A stretch of DNA of 64,000 nt from NCBI GenBank assembly GCA_963759585.1, contig CAVWZW010000003.1, positions 68,547-132,546 of the forward strand, read 5' to 3'. The position numbers were made by a program, and so were the translations under genes. Positions 27,447 to 36,157 of the stretch are shown here, one piece after another. The notes under the pieces were generated by a model. That model worked only from the letters and a program-made list of their open reading frames with translations, made no database searches and was not told the origin of the DNA. Position 1 is the stretch's first letter; the number at the start of each line of letters is the position of its first letter. This stretch comes from Pyrinomonadaceae bacterium (lineage in GTDB: Bacteria; Acidobacteriota; Blastocatellia; Pyrinomonadales; Pyrinomonadaceae).

Positions 27447-29241
27447 TGGGCGTGGTGAGCACCATCACGCCGCCGGGTTTCAATACTCGCCTGATTTCCA
27501 ATAGGGCGTGCACGGGATCTGACAAAAGGTGCTCGATGATTTCGCAAAACAGGACGACGTCAAATGAGTTGTCAGCGTAAGGAAAGACATCCTGCTCGAC
27601 GTTAAACTGCTTGTAGGGGAAGTTGACTACCTCGCCTGTCTGTTTGATGAATACTTTTTGACTTCCTTCTGTTCCCGACCTGTCGAAGAAGTTTGCCAGC
27701 TCCAATCTGGCATCGCGGAATTTCGATAGCATCACCGTCATGAAGTACGGATTCGCTCCAAGCTCGAGCACAGAAAGTCCAGTTCTTTCCGGCACCAGAC
27801 CCAGCGTGTAAACAAAACGTTTGAAATCTGATTCGACGTAACCCTTCATTTCATCGGGCGGCGCGTCTTCAACCAGAACAGAACTAACCAGGGCACGCAG
27901 CTCGTCCTCCGGCCACCCTTCAGGTAAGGGAAGCGGCGGAGCGTTTGGCCGGTCTGATTCTTTGAGGGCTTTTCGTTTTGGAGCCGGTTCCGAAAGCTGC
28001 GGCGATTTTGGAAATGTGACGCCGGGAATTGAGACACGCGGCTCAGGACAAGACTCGACCGCGTTGATTAATGATTGACGCACGCGTTCGGGAGTGAATC
28101 TGGAAACTACGTATCGCCTGCCTGTTTCTCCCATACGCTGCCGGGCGTCTTCGTCGCCGAGCATTTCGCTTAACCGGGCGGCAAAGGTTTCGTAATCTTG
28201 ATAGATCTTTCCGCCGCCGCTCAACTTGATATGGTCTGTCAAAACGTTTGAGCGGTTGCTTGCCAAAACAGGAGTGTGCTGGGCCATCGCCTCCAACGTA
28301 ACGATGCTGAAACTTTCTTTTCCTGATGGCATCACGTACAACTGTGCTCCGGCCATCAGGCTAAACTTCTCCTCAGCCGGAACGAATCCCACAAACTCGA
28401 GGTCCGGATGGTCAGGTACCGGGATATCCGCCGAGCCGGTAAGTACCAAACGCAACGGCGATGGATTCTCTTTTTTGAACTGCATGAAGTAGTCAAACAA
28501 ATCCAGACAGCCCTTATTCGGATCAATGCGGCCGCAATAGAGAACGTAGGGAAAGTCTTTTATTGAAGGCTCCCGCGGTGCGGCGTCAATTGCCATGGCC
28601 ACCACTTGACCGGGAAGTTTTCCCCAGAGATCGTTGCCCAGCCGCTGCTCCGCCTCGGTTAACCAAATCATCGAGTGTGCACGATGGGCAGCATGCTTGT
28701 AGACCGAAAGATAGGCAGGCTCTTCATCGTGGAGCGTCGGGGCAAACAGTGCGCGCCCGCGCGGAACTTCGTTGATACCGAAGTAAGCGGTCGGGTAGAG
28801 ATAGGTAACGAAAATGATCGTGCGATACTGCGACCAGTTGTCACGCAAAAACATTACGAGCGACCGTGAATATGGGCCAATCCTGCGCACAAACTCTTCC
28901 TGAAGTGCGATGCTCCAGGGAATGTGTTTCATCCCGCCATCGGGGCCATTGTGACTGCCGGCGCCCAATCGATCGAAGTCGTGAATCATGCGCGTGAACA
29001 GTTCCGTCCGGTATGGACTGTAGCCGATGTCAACTTTGAAACGACGAACGTTAACGCCGTCGCGCACCTCCAGACCTTCCGGCAAAGCATTTGCCCAGTA
29101 AGCTGCATCAACTGCCGTGGTAGTTAAAACGTCAACTTCGTATGAATCCTTAAGCAGGTTTGCATACTGCCAGGCGAGCGCCTCTGAGCCGCCGACAACG
29201 GTTTCATGGCATCGCTGAACAACGATGGCTACTTTCTTCAT
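27427..29241 (-). CDS. GT4 glycosyltransferase fused to a class I SAM methyltransferase domain (apparently frameshifted near its 3' end)
   Basis: N-terminal MKKVAIVVQRCHETVVGGSEALA and ESFSIVTLEAMAQHTPVLAS (GT4). C-terminal VLELGANPYF...FDVVLFCEIIEHL...LKPGGVMVLTTPN (methyltransferase motifs I and post-I to III). Confidence 0.75.
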   Translation of the reverse strand: MKKVAIVVQRCHETVVGGSEALAWQYANLLKDSYEVDVLTTTAVDAAYWANALPEGLEVRDGVNVRRFKVDIGYSPYRTELFTRMIHDFDRLGAGSHNGPDGGMKHIPWSIALQEEFVRRIGPYSRSLVMFLRDNWSQYRTIIFVTYLYPTAYFGINEVPRGRALFAPTLHDEEPAYLSVYKHAAHRAHSMIWLTEAEQRLGNDLWGKLPGQVVAMAIDAAPREPSIKDFPYVLYCGRIDPNKGCLDLFDYFMQFKKENPSPLRLVLTGSADIPVPDHPDLEFVGFVPAEEKFSLMAGAQLYVMPSGKESFSIVTLEAMAQHTPVLASNRSNVLTDHIKLSGGGKIYQDYETFAARLSEMLGDEDARQRMGETGRRYVVSRFTPERVRQSLINAVESCPEPRVSIPGVTFPKSPQLSEPAPKRKALKESDRPNAPPLPLPEGWPEDELRALVSSVLVEDAPPDEMKGYVESDFKRFVYTLGLVPERTGLSVLELGANPYFMTVMLSKFRDARLELANFFDRSGTEGSQKVFIKQTGEVVNFPYKQFNVEQDVFPYADNSFDVVLFCEIIEHLLSDPVHALLEIRRVLKPGGVMVLTTPNVASPR

Positions 29242-30326
29242 ATCAGCCCGTTCATCGCGTCAAGGAATTTTGACCTAATCCTCTGGTTGGTAAAATTCTG
29301 TGCATACCTTTGCCATCCCATCTCGCCCAGCGATTCTCTAACGCCGTTGCCTTTTACGATCGAGTTAATCGACTCAGCCAGCAGGTAAGGGTTCTTCTCA
29401 TTCCAAAGCAGGCCCGCGTCTTTGACGGTGCCGGGAATTGCCGACGACCCATACCCCACGATTGGAATCTTCATTGACATGGCTTCGACCAGCGGCACAC
29501 AGAAGCCTTCGTGTTCACTGGTAATCATAAAAACATGGGCCAGGGAGTAATAAGACTTAAGCGCTTCATCAGAAACTTCTCCAGTGAAAACGACGGCATG
29601 GTCTACCTTCAAGTGCTCAGACACTTTACGAAGCCACTTGTTGTAAGTATTGAGACGCATCTCTTCCTTGCCCACAATGAATAACCGGCTATCTGGATTG
29701 TAGTCGTGATGATAGGCGGCGAACGCTTCGATCAAAGCCGAGTGGTTCTTATTCGGCGCCAGCCGGCCAACCATCAGGATATTTGTTTTGCCGTCGGAGT
29801 AAGCATTCAGCACTTTCCGATCGGCTTCGATCGCCTTAAGCCTGGCAGTGTGATGGAAAGGCGGGACCACGAAACTCCTGGACTTGGGCGTTCCCCATTG
29901 CAGCAACTCGCTTTCGTTGTACGCAGAAGCAGACATGTAAACGTCACAACCGACGCCGGCTATCAATGGCAGTTGGTCGCGACCTTCAAGGCACATCATG
30001 GCAAAGTCTTTACTGAAGTCCATGAAAAATTCCGGTGGCGTGACGTTGTGATATTTGACGGCCGTGCGCCACTTCCTCTCGCTCAGAAGTTTTAATCCGA
30101 AGTTCCACCCTCTCGAATAGTGATAAATCAAAAGATCGTTTGGACTTTTCAGGAAGCGCTCGAGTTTGGGCGCCGGCGAGACCTTTGGCTTATCGAAGGT
30201 CCAGCCCTCCGCAAAGATTCGCGTTTCGTGGCCGAGCTCGCTCAGAACGTCATACATTCCCAGCACGTCGTTGCTGACGGCGTCGCCGGTTGTGATGCTC
30301 GGTGTTAAGAGTGCGACTCTGGTCAT
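29238..30326 (-). CDS. Glycosyltransferase family 1 (GT4-type)
   Basis: MTRVALLTPSITTGDAVSNDVLGMYDVL..., EGFCVPLVEAMSMKIPIVGYGSSA. It is a paralogue of 30543-31742. Its stop overlaps the start of the next gene (ATGA). Confidence 0.85.
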   Translation of the reverse strand: MTRVALLTPSITTGDAVSNDVLGMYDVLSELGHETRIFAEGWTFDKPKVSPAPKLERFLKSPNDLLIYHYSRGWNFGLKLLSERKWRTAVKYHNVTPPEFFMDFSKDFAMMCLEGRDQLPLIAGVGCDVYMSASAYNESELLQWGTPKSRSFVVPPFHHTARLKAIEADRKVLNAYSDGKTNILMVGRLAPNKNHSALIEAFAAYHHDYNPDSRLFIVGKEEMRLNTYNKWLRKVSEHLKVDHAVVFTGEVSDEALKSYYSLAHVFMITSEHEGFCVPLVEAMSMKIPIVGYGSSAIPGTVKDAGLLWNEKNPYLLAESINSIVKGNGVRESLGEMGWQRYAQNFTNQRIRSKFLDAMNGLI

Positions 30327-30347
30327 TGCGATCGGATAGCGTTACGG

Positions 30348-30642
30348 ATCAGTACCACCTGCGTAAGCGGGTGCTAAGGTCTTCAGCCCGCGATAGCGGG
30401 CGACGGCGTAAAGCCTGGGGTGCAGCGAAGCGGAACCCCAGGAAACCTGCAATTAAATAATCCTAGCCCGCGGGAGCGGGCGACAGATTCATATTCATCG
30501 AGCTTCCGCCCGCTTCCGCGGGCTATTGCAATCTACCTAACCTTAATCCTGGGGTTCGCTGCGCGTCACCCCAGGCTTTACGCCGACGCCCTCGCCCGCG
30601 GGCTGAAGATAATACCCACCCGCTGACGCAGGCGGTACTGAT
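30348..30642. repeat. Family-C palindromic element, copy 2 (with extra outer arms)
   Basis: Outer arms gatcagtaccacctgcgtaagcgggtg / cacccgctgacgcaggcggtactgatc. The inner arms are homologous to 19199-19436 (cagcccgcgatagcgggcgacggcgtaaagcctggggtg...). The right arm overlaps the 3' end of CDS 30543-31742. Confidence 0.9.
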
Positions 30643-31742
30643 CTGTCCGCCAACGCAGGTGATCTGCTGAGCGATTCGAATAATGCTTGTTCTATCTTCT
30701 CGTTCGTGAAGTGTTGCTCATATCGTTGTCGGCCCTTGATACCGAAAGCGACACCCAGTTCTTCATCCTTAGTCACGCGATCAATGGCTTCGGCCATCAA
30801 GTACGGCCCTCGCTCCTTAAGAAGAATCCCGGCGTCACCCACCGTCGCGGGAACCGCTGACGAGCCGTACGCTACAACCGGTACCTTCATCGCCATTGCT
30901 TCAACAATCGGCACGCAGAAACCTTCATGCTCACTGGCAATCGCGAACACATTCGCAAGCAGGTAATAGGCCCTGAGTTCCTCTCCGGTCGCTCCTCCGG
31001 TAAACACCACTGAGCCATCGAGAAGCATGAACAACGTCAGCTCACGCAGTCGCGTCGAATAGATTTTGAACGGCGGTTCTTCCTTGCCCACAATGATCAG
31101 GCGGCTCTCGCGATTGTAATCAAGGTGATAGGCGCCGAATGCCTCGAGCAATGCTTCATGTCCCTTGTGAGGCGCAATGCGGCTGACCATCAGAATGTTG
31201 GTCTTGCCGTCGCGATACTCGTCGAGCACGTCGAGGTCGGCATCGAGGGCTTCGAGAAGATCGATATGATGGAAAGGCGGGACGACGAAGCACCTTTCTT
31301 CAGGCGCGCCGGCTTGGATCAGATCCTGGCGATTATATTCCGAGTCAGCGAGGTAGATTTCACAGCCGGCCCGCGCCACGTCCTTCAACTCCGCGCGACC
31401 TTCGCGACACTTCTCCTCATGCCACGGGCTAATCCCGACAAAAAACTCGGGCGGCGTGACGTTGTGATACTTGATCGCTTTCCGCGTTCTCAAGTCTCTC
31501 AACAACTCCTGACCGGGAACCCAGGCGATCGAATGGTGATAGATCAGAAGGTCTTGCGGGTCCTGGAGGAATTGCGTGATTTCTTCGACCGGGTAGACAG
31601 CAGGCTCGGTGATGTCCCAACTGCCTGCGTAGATCCTGCTGTCGAACCCGCGTCTTTGAAGGGCATCACACATCCCGATGACGTCGTTGCTGACGGCATC
31701 TCCGGGCGCGAGGTGGGAAGTTAAAACGGCGACTCGACTCAT
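30543..31742 (-). CDS. Glycosyltransferase family 1 (GT4-type) with a repeat-encoded C-terminal tail
   Basis: MSRVAVLTSHLAPGDAVSNDVIGMCDAL..., EGFCVPIVEAMAMKVPVVAYGSSA. The last ~33 codons (..DRSVPPASAGGYYLQPAGEGVGVKPGVTRSEPQD*) are read from the family-C repeat. Confidence 0.8.
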   Translation of the reverse strand: MSRVAVLTSHLAPGDAVSNDVIGMCDALQRRGFDSRIYAGSWDITEPAVYPVEEITQFLQDPQDLLIYHHSIAWVPGQELLRDLRTRKAIKYHNVTPPEFFVGISPWHEEKCREGRAELKDVARAGCEIYLADSEYNRQDLIQAGAPEERCFVVPPFHHIDLLEALDADLDVLDEYRDGKTNILMVSRIAPHKGHEALLEAFGAYHLDYNRESRLIIVGKEEPPFKIYSTRLRELTLFMLLDGSVVFTGGATGEELRAYYLLANVFAIASEHEGFCVPIVEAMAMKVPVVAYGSSAVPATVGDAGILLKERGPYLMAEAIDRVTKDEELGVAFGIKGRQRYEQHFTNEKIEQALFESLSRSPALADRSVPPASAGGYYLQPAGEGVGVKPGVTRSEPQD

Positions 31743-31832
31743 GCTATTGGGTGCTGCAGAAACGTGATTACATAGTCGGTATCAGAACTCCGACGAGTCG
31801 GATTCGCAACCGGATCTGCCGTAAGAAAATGC

Positions 31833-32055
31833 CTCAGCGCCAAAGGCGCGAAATATGAAAGCCTGGGCCAACGGCCCAGGTAAAGATGAATGAGTCTCCG
31901 AAGCGCTGAAGGCGCGAAACGGAGTATGATGTAAAGACAACAATGAATTCGTCTGATCAACCACCTTCCGCGCCTTCAGCGCTAAGAAGATTTATGGCGT
32001 GTCCCACCTGGGGCGTTGCCCCAGGCTATTACATTTCGCGCCTTTGGCGCTGAGC
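31833..32055. repeat. Family-D nested palindromic element
   Basis: cctcagcgccaaaggcgcgaaat (left) pairs with atttcgcgcctttggcgctgag (right). Inner hairpins are cctgggccaacggcccagg and cctggggcgttgccccagg, and gcgctgaaggcgcg pairs with cgcgccttcagcgc. Confidence 0.85.
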
Positions 32056-32062
32056 TTCGAAT

Positions 32063-34450
32063 TCACTTTGTGGTCCGCTTCCACCATTTATCGAAGGTGG
32101 CAGCCTTCCTCTTCGGTAGGGCTCGAAAGTTACCAAGCTGCCCATCTTCTGAGTTGGGCTGTAGTTCAACGGACCAGCCTGCGCCTTCAAGGAAATTTTT
32201 CAGTGCATGGCGGTCGAGCTTCTCCGGCATTCCTTCGACCCTGGCGCCCTCCGGCACTATCTCGGTTGGAATTTCGTGGTATTCGCCGCAGATCTCTTCA
32301 ATGGAGTTCAGGAATTTCGACGAGAACAGAATTGGATATTCTGCTCCCTCGCAATCAATCTTGAGCATGCGGATCTTTTTCTTGAAGCCGTTAGTTGCCT
32401 CATCGAGAATATCGTCCAGCCCCACGGTTTGAATTGGCACCCCTTCAATGTTGTAGACCACCGCGTGTCCGCCCGTGTTTGCGTCTGAATCGGCGTCGAG
32501 ACGATCGTTGAAGAGAGTCACGCTGGGAATGTCCGAGCGCCAAACGGCCAGATTGCGACACTCGGCACGCTCACCAAACTGCTGCAGGTTTTTGAGGGTG
32601 ATGGCGTGATTCACAGGGTGAGCTTCAAACGCATATACCTTGCCCGCCCCACGCTTCAACGCTGCATATGAAAAACTGCCGATGTGAGCGCCGATGTCTA
32701 TCACCACGTCGTCGTCATCGAACTTCTGAGGCAGAGGATATTCCTCGAGGTCAACTACATGCTGAAAGATCCGGCGATCATCGGTGTTTGGCCGCGCGTA
32801 AAATTTATGCCCGGTTTCGGAAACACAATAGTCGAGATCAACTGTTTCTAATTTGTTTTCAACGGTGACCTGAATTGCGTATTCCGAATAAACTTTTGGC
32901 GCGGGCTTCTCGTCAACTGTCCCTCGACTTGCCGGCTCCCAGTCCACTTTCTTGATAGGAGCCGAGCGTCGCCGGGATTTGCGCGCGACGACAGCGAAAT
33001 CACGAGCACCGAAGAACCAGATATCGAGCTCCTGCGATCCGGGATTGTCATTTCTAAACGGACTGTCCTCGACCGGATTCAAATACTGAAGCTGCACGTC
33101 TTCGAAGCCGTTGTGCCTCAGGATGAACTCAATCGTCTCAGGGAAGATCGGTTTCTTGTGACCAGGATCAGCGTAGAAATTACAAGCGGCAACTGTCAGG
33201 TTCTTCGGGTTTGGAGATTCGTAGATCACGATCCCGCCGGGACGGAGCGTTCTCATCGTCTCATCAACCAGTTCAATCAAACTTTCAAACGGCAGGTGTT
33301 CGACCAGATGAAAGCCGGTCACGACGTTGAAACTTTCGGAGGGCCGTGTCCGAAGGTAAGCGAGCAAATCTCCTTCAACCACCTCAAGCCCCCGAGAGCG
33401 AACCTGCTCGACCATGATCGGGTTGCTTTCGACCCCCAACGCCTGGAGACCTTCTTCCTTCAATAGCTCCAACCACTCGCCACGCCCGCAGCCAAGGTCG
33501 ACTATGCCATCGACGAGGTGGGCCCCTTTCAAAAGCGGAAGATAGTGTCGCAACCCTTCTTTGATATCTTCGCGCTTGCCGCGGAACTGCTCCGTAAAGG
33601 CCGCAAACAATTCATCGAGTTTTCCTGCGTCGGTAGCCGCCCGTCCGTTTTCCCCGGATGCTTGAGTCGCCTGCAGTTTTTCTAAGCGCGGTTTGATTTC
33701 ATCGCGCAGCTTTTCCAAACTTTGAATAATTTTACGCTGTTCGCGGAAAAGCCCGACCACCTGCTGATGTTGCAGTTCCGCAAATCTCCTTTGCTCCCGC
33801 GACAAGTGGGCCAGCTCCTCGAGAAATGGTTTGGTCGCCTGAACAGAGGCCTTGCTCAACTGATTAATGTGGGACGCCATCAGCTCCTGTTGCGACAGCG
33901 CATACTCTTCAAACTGACGACGACGGTGGATGGTGGCAGGCAGGCGAGCAAATGCAACTATCATCTCGATCACATAGCCGATAACCGGTACGTGATAAAG
34001 CCGCCGGTGCAGTGGCCGGGGCTTGAGGCCTTCGACTGAGACGTTTCTACCTTTGCCTTCTGGTGAAAATCGGAGGCTGGCGAGGATATCGAGCTTGTCG
34101 AAACGACCGCTGCGCAGATTGTTGAGAAACTGGTTCAGTCCAACTTCGTCCGGCTCACGCTTTAGGATCGCGCGATAGGCGTTCCAGACGAATGTGTGAT
34201 CGTGGTATTGCAGCAGCTCGTTGACGTGATACCGATCGTCGGGACTGCGGACAAACTCTGGCTGTAATTCGAGCGGCGGAAGCTCTAGTTGTTCATCCCG
34301 TGGATTCGCAACCGATGTTAGAAAATTTCGTAACTCAAGCGATGCGCCGGCAAGAGAGGTCTGCCCACTAGACTCACGGCGTGCGACGGCTTCACGAATT
34401 TCAGCCATCAACTGTTCGATGTTAATTTCGGAATTACGAGTCTCGACCAT
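32063..34450 (-). CDS. WbdD-like chain-terminator candidate: N-terminal DUF4214-like repeat + coiled coil + class I SAM methyltransferase + FkbM-type methyltransferase
   Basis: HTFVWNAYRAILKREPDEVGLNQFLNNLRSGRFDKLDILASLRFSPEG (DUF4214-like). A long heptad-rich region. VDLGCGRGEWLELL...LRPGGIVIYESPN. VIDIGAHIGSFSYAAL...MLKIDCEGAEYPIL (FkbM-like). Confidence 0.7.
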   Translation of the reverse strand: MVETRNSEINIEQLMAEIREAVARRESSGQTSLAGASLELRNFLTSVANPRDEQLELPPLELQPEFVRSPDDRYHVNELLQYHDHTFVWNAYRAILKREPDEVGLNQFLNNLRSGRFDKLDILASLRFSPEGKGRNVSVEGLKPRPLHRRLYHVPVIGYVIEMIVAFARLPATIHRRRQFEEYALSQQELMASHINQLSKASVQATKPFLEELAHLSREQRRFAELQHQQVVGLFREQRKIIQSLEKLRDEIKPRLEKLQATQASGENGRAATDAGKLDELFAAFTEQFRGKREDIKEGLRHYLPLLKGAHLVDGIVDLGCGRGEWLELLKEEGLQALGVESNPIMVEQVRSRGLEVVEGDLLAYLRTRPSESFNVVTGFHLVEHLPFESLIELVDETMRTLRPGGIVIYESPNPKNLTVAACNFYADPGHKKPIFPETIEFILRHNGFEDVQLQYLNPVEDSPFRNDNPGSQELDIWFFGARDFAVVARKSRRRSAPIKKVDWEPASRGTVDEKPAPKVYSEYAIQVTVENKLETVDLDYCVSETGHKFYARPNTDDRRIFQHVVDLEEYPLPQKFDDDDVVIDIGAHIGSFSYAALKRGAGKVYAFEAHPVNHAITLKNLQQFGERAECRNLAVWRSDIPSVTLFNDRLDADSDANTGGHAVVYNIEGVPIQTVGLDDILDEATNGFKKKIRMLKIDCEGAEYPILFSSKFLNSIEEICGEYHEIPTEIVPEGARVEGMPEKLDRHALKNFLEGAGWSVELQPNSEDGQLGNFRALPKRKAATFDKWWKRTTK

Positions 34451-34480
34451 TGTGAATTAAGTAGACTAGAGCGTCGAAAT

Positions 34481-35776
34481 TTATTGTTGCGCTGCGACGC
34501 GCCCGAGGGCGGCCGTGCTGCGTCTGGTAGTGACGTTGGCATTGAGATTGGCAACACCCTCAATCGGCAAAGTACTCAGACAGCGAAATGAAACGACGTC
34601 GTCAAGCCAATCGTAGCTTGCTCCGCCCGCGCTGTGCACCGCAGTGGTAATAGAAAACTCGCCGGTCCCCACCCAGCAGTCAAAAGCAAATGTGGCCTCG
34701 ATAATCTCGCCCGCCTTAACCGTCCCAAAATATGATTGCTGAATATCTGTGTTTGTCCCATAAACGTGGATGCCGTGCCGATCTCGAATCAGGAAACCGA
34801 CGATCGGGTTTGCCACGTCTGCTTGAGCGCGGGCTCTGACGCGCACCGTCACAGGTTCACCGGTTTCAACAAACTCGATCGGGCTTCGCGTGGCGTCCAT
34901 CAGTTCCACACTTAAGATTTCCGCGCTCCCGTCTCCATGACGATAGCTGTAACGTAGCGGCTTCAGATTTTCTTCCAGCATCGACAAATCATCGAGGTCC
35001 CCGGCGTCGGAGTTCTCGGGGCGAATCGCTTCATAAGCCGCTTCGCGCGACATGATCAGTTTCTGATAACGGTTAAGCACGTCGGAAGGAGCGCCGTCAG
35101 CATCGATTTTGCCGTTGTTCAAAAGTATGGCCCGCGTGCAAAGCGCGCGCACCGCGTTAGGATCGTGAGACACGAACAGAATCGTTGCCCCCGCCTCCTG
35201 CATCTCCTTGATCCGGCGCAGGCAGCGATGCTGGAAGACTGTGTCGCCGACCGCCAGCGCTTCATCGATGATCAGAATCTGTGGGTCTGCGCTCACGGCG
35301 ATCGCAAACGCAAGTCGAATATACATCCCGCTTGAATAGGTTTTGACAGGTTGCCATATGAAGTCGCCGATTTCCGCGAAGCGAGTAATCGCCGGCATGC
35401 GCTCTTCTGTTTCAGCTCGTGAGAAACCCAGGAGGGCTGTGTTCAGATAGATGTTTTCAACCCCAGTAAATTCCGGGTTGAAGCCGGCGCCGAGTTCAAG
35501 CAGTGCGGCAATGCGTCCTTCATGGTAAACGCTGCCGTGGGTCGGCTCGAGCGTTCCGGTAATCACCTGAAGCAGCGTTGATTTTCCACTTCCGTTGGGT
35601 CCTACGATCCCGGTGGTAGTGCCCGCTTCGATCTCGAAACTGATGTCGTGCAGTGCCCAAAATTCACGGTGACGCTTCATTCGGCCGCGCGTAAGCATTT
35701 CCTTCAGCCGGTCATTTGGCCGGGCGTAGAGGCGATATACCTTGGAAACTCGCTCGACTCGAAGTGCTAAGGACAT
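34481..35776 (-). CDS. wzt: Polysaccharide/O-antigen ABC exporter ATP-binding protein with C-terminal extension (Wzt/TagH-type)
   Basis: RVSKVYRLYARPNDRLKE, Walker A GPNGSGKST, signature YSSGMYIRLAFA, Walker B ILIIDEAL. A ~180-aa beta-rich C-terminal domain sits where Wzt carbohydrate-binding domains occur. Confidence 0.85.
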   Translation of the reverse strand: MSLALRVERVSKVYRLYARPNDRLKEMLTRGRMKRHREFWALHDISFEIEAGTTTGIVGPNGSGKSTLLQVITGTLEPTHGSVYHEGRIAALLELGAGFNPEFTGVENIYLNTALLGFSRAETEERMPAITRFAEIGDFIWQPVKTYSSGMYIRLAFAIAVSADPQILIIDEALAVGDTVFQHRCLRRIKEMQEAGATILFVSHDPNAVRALCTRAILLNNGKIDADGAPSDVLNRYQKLIMSREAAYEAIRPENSDAGDLDDLSMLEENLKPLRYSYRHGDGSAEILSVELMDATRSPIEFVETGEPVTVRVRARAQADVANPIVGFLIRDRHGIHVYGTNTDIQQSYFGTVKAGEIIEATFAFDCWVGTGEFSITTAVHSAGGASYDWLDDVVSFRCLSTLPIEGVANLNANVTTRRSTAALGRVAAQQ

Positions 35777-35867
35777 GTGTGCAAAAACGATAACTGTTCC
35801 GAGCGAACTGGTAAAGTCACTGCGGCGACCGGAATGAACAGAACTGAGACAAAAGCTGTTTGAACTT

Positions 35868-35962
35868 AGTACTTGGTACTTTGAACTTTGACTCGTGTGC
35901 TCGGCGCCCGAACTGGTGATTTCATTACAGGGTCAAAGCACAAAGCACAAAGTACCAAGGTC
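35868..35962. repeat. Imperfect palindrome built from short tandem words (tacttgg/tactttg/aactttg)
   Basis: agtacttggtactttgaactttgac pairs with gtcaaagcacaaagcacaaagtaccaaggtc, in the divergent intergenic region between wzt and gene 36158. Confidence 0.6.
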
Positions 35963-36157
35963 AAATAGATGGAAGCACTAAAGGCTCAGATTTCGTTTAG
36001 GCACCCCTGCTTGCGGTTGCCATGATCTCTGCGTAAAATGACGGTTCTTTTAACGCTGGGTGACCTTTAGTTAATCTTTTTCACCCGCTCATGCTGCTGC
36101 TCGCTCCCCGGGGGCATCTAATCTGCTCGTATCTGCGTCTTTATCTCGGAGGATTTT

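Noticed and set aside
31125-31724. 199-aa ORF antisense to the GT4 gene. A similar one lies at 29706-30095.
   Set aside because: These are shadow ORFs inside well-supported glycosyltransferase genes.
35999-36014. A sigma-54-like aGGCACccctgcTTGC upstream of gene 36158.
   Set aside because: The spacing between the GG and GC elements is one nucleotide longer than the strict consensus, and no enhancer-binding protein gene is nearby.
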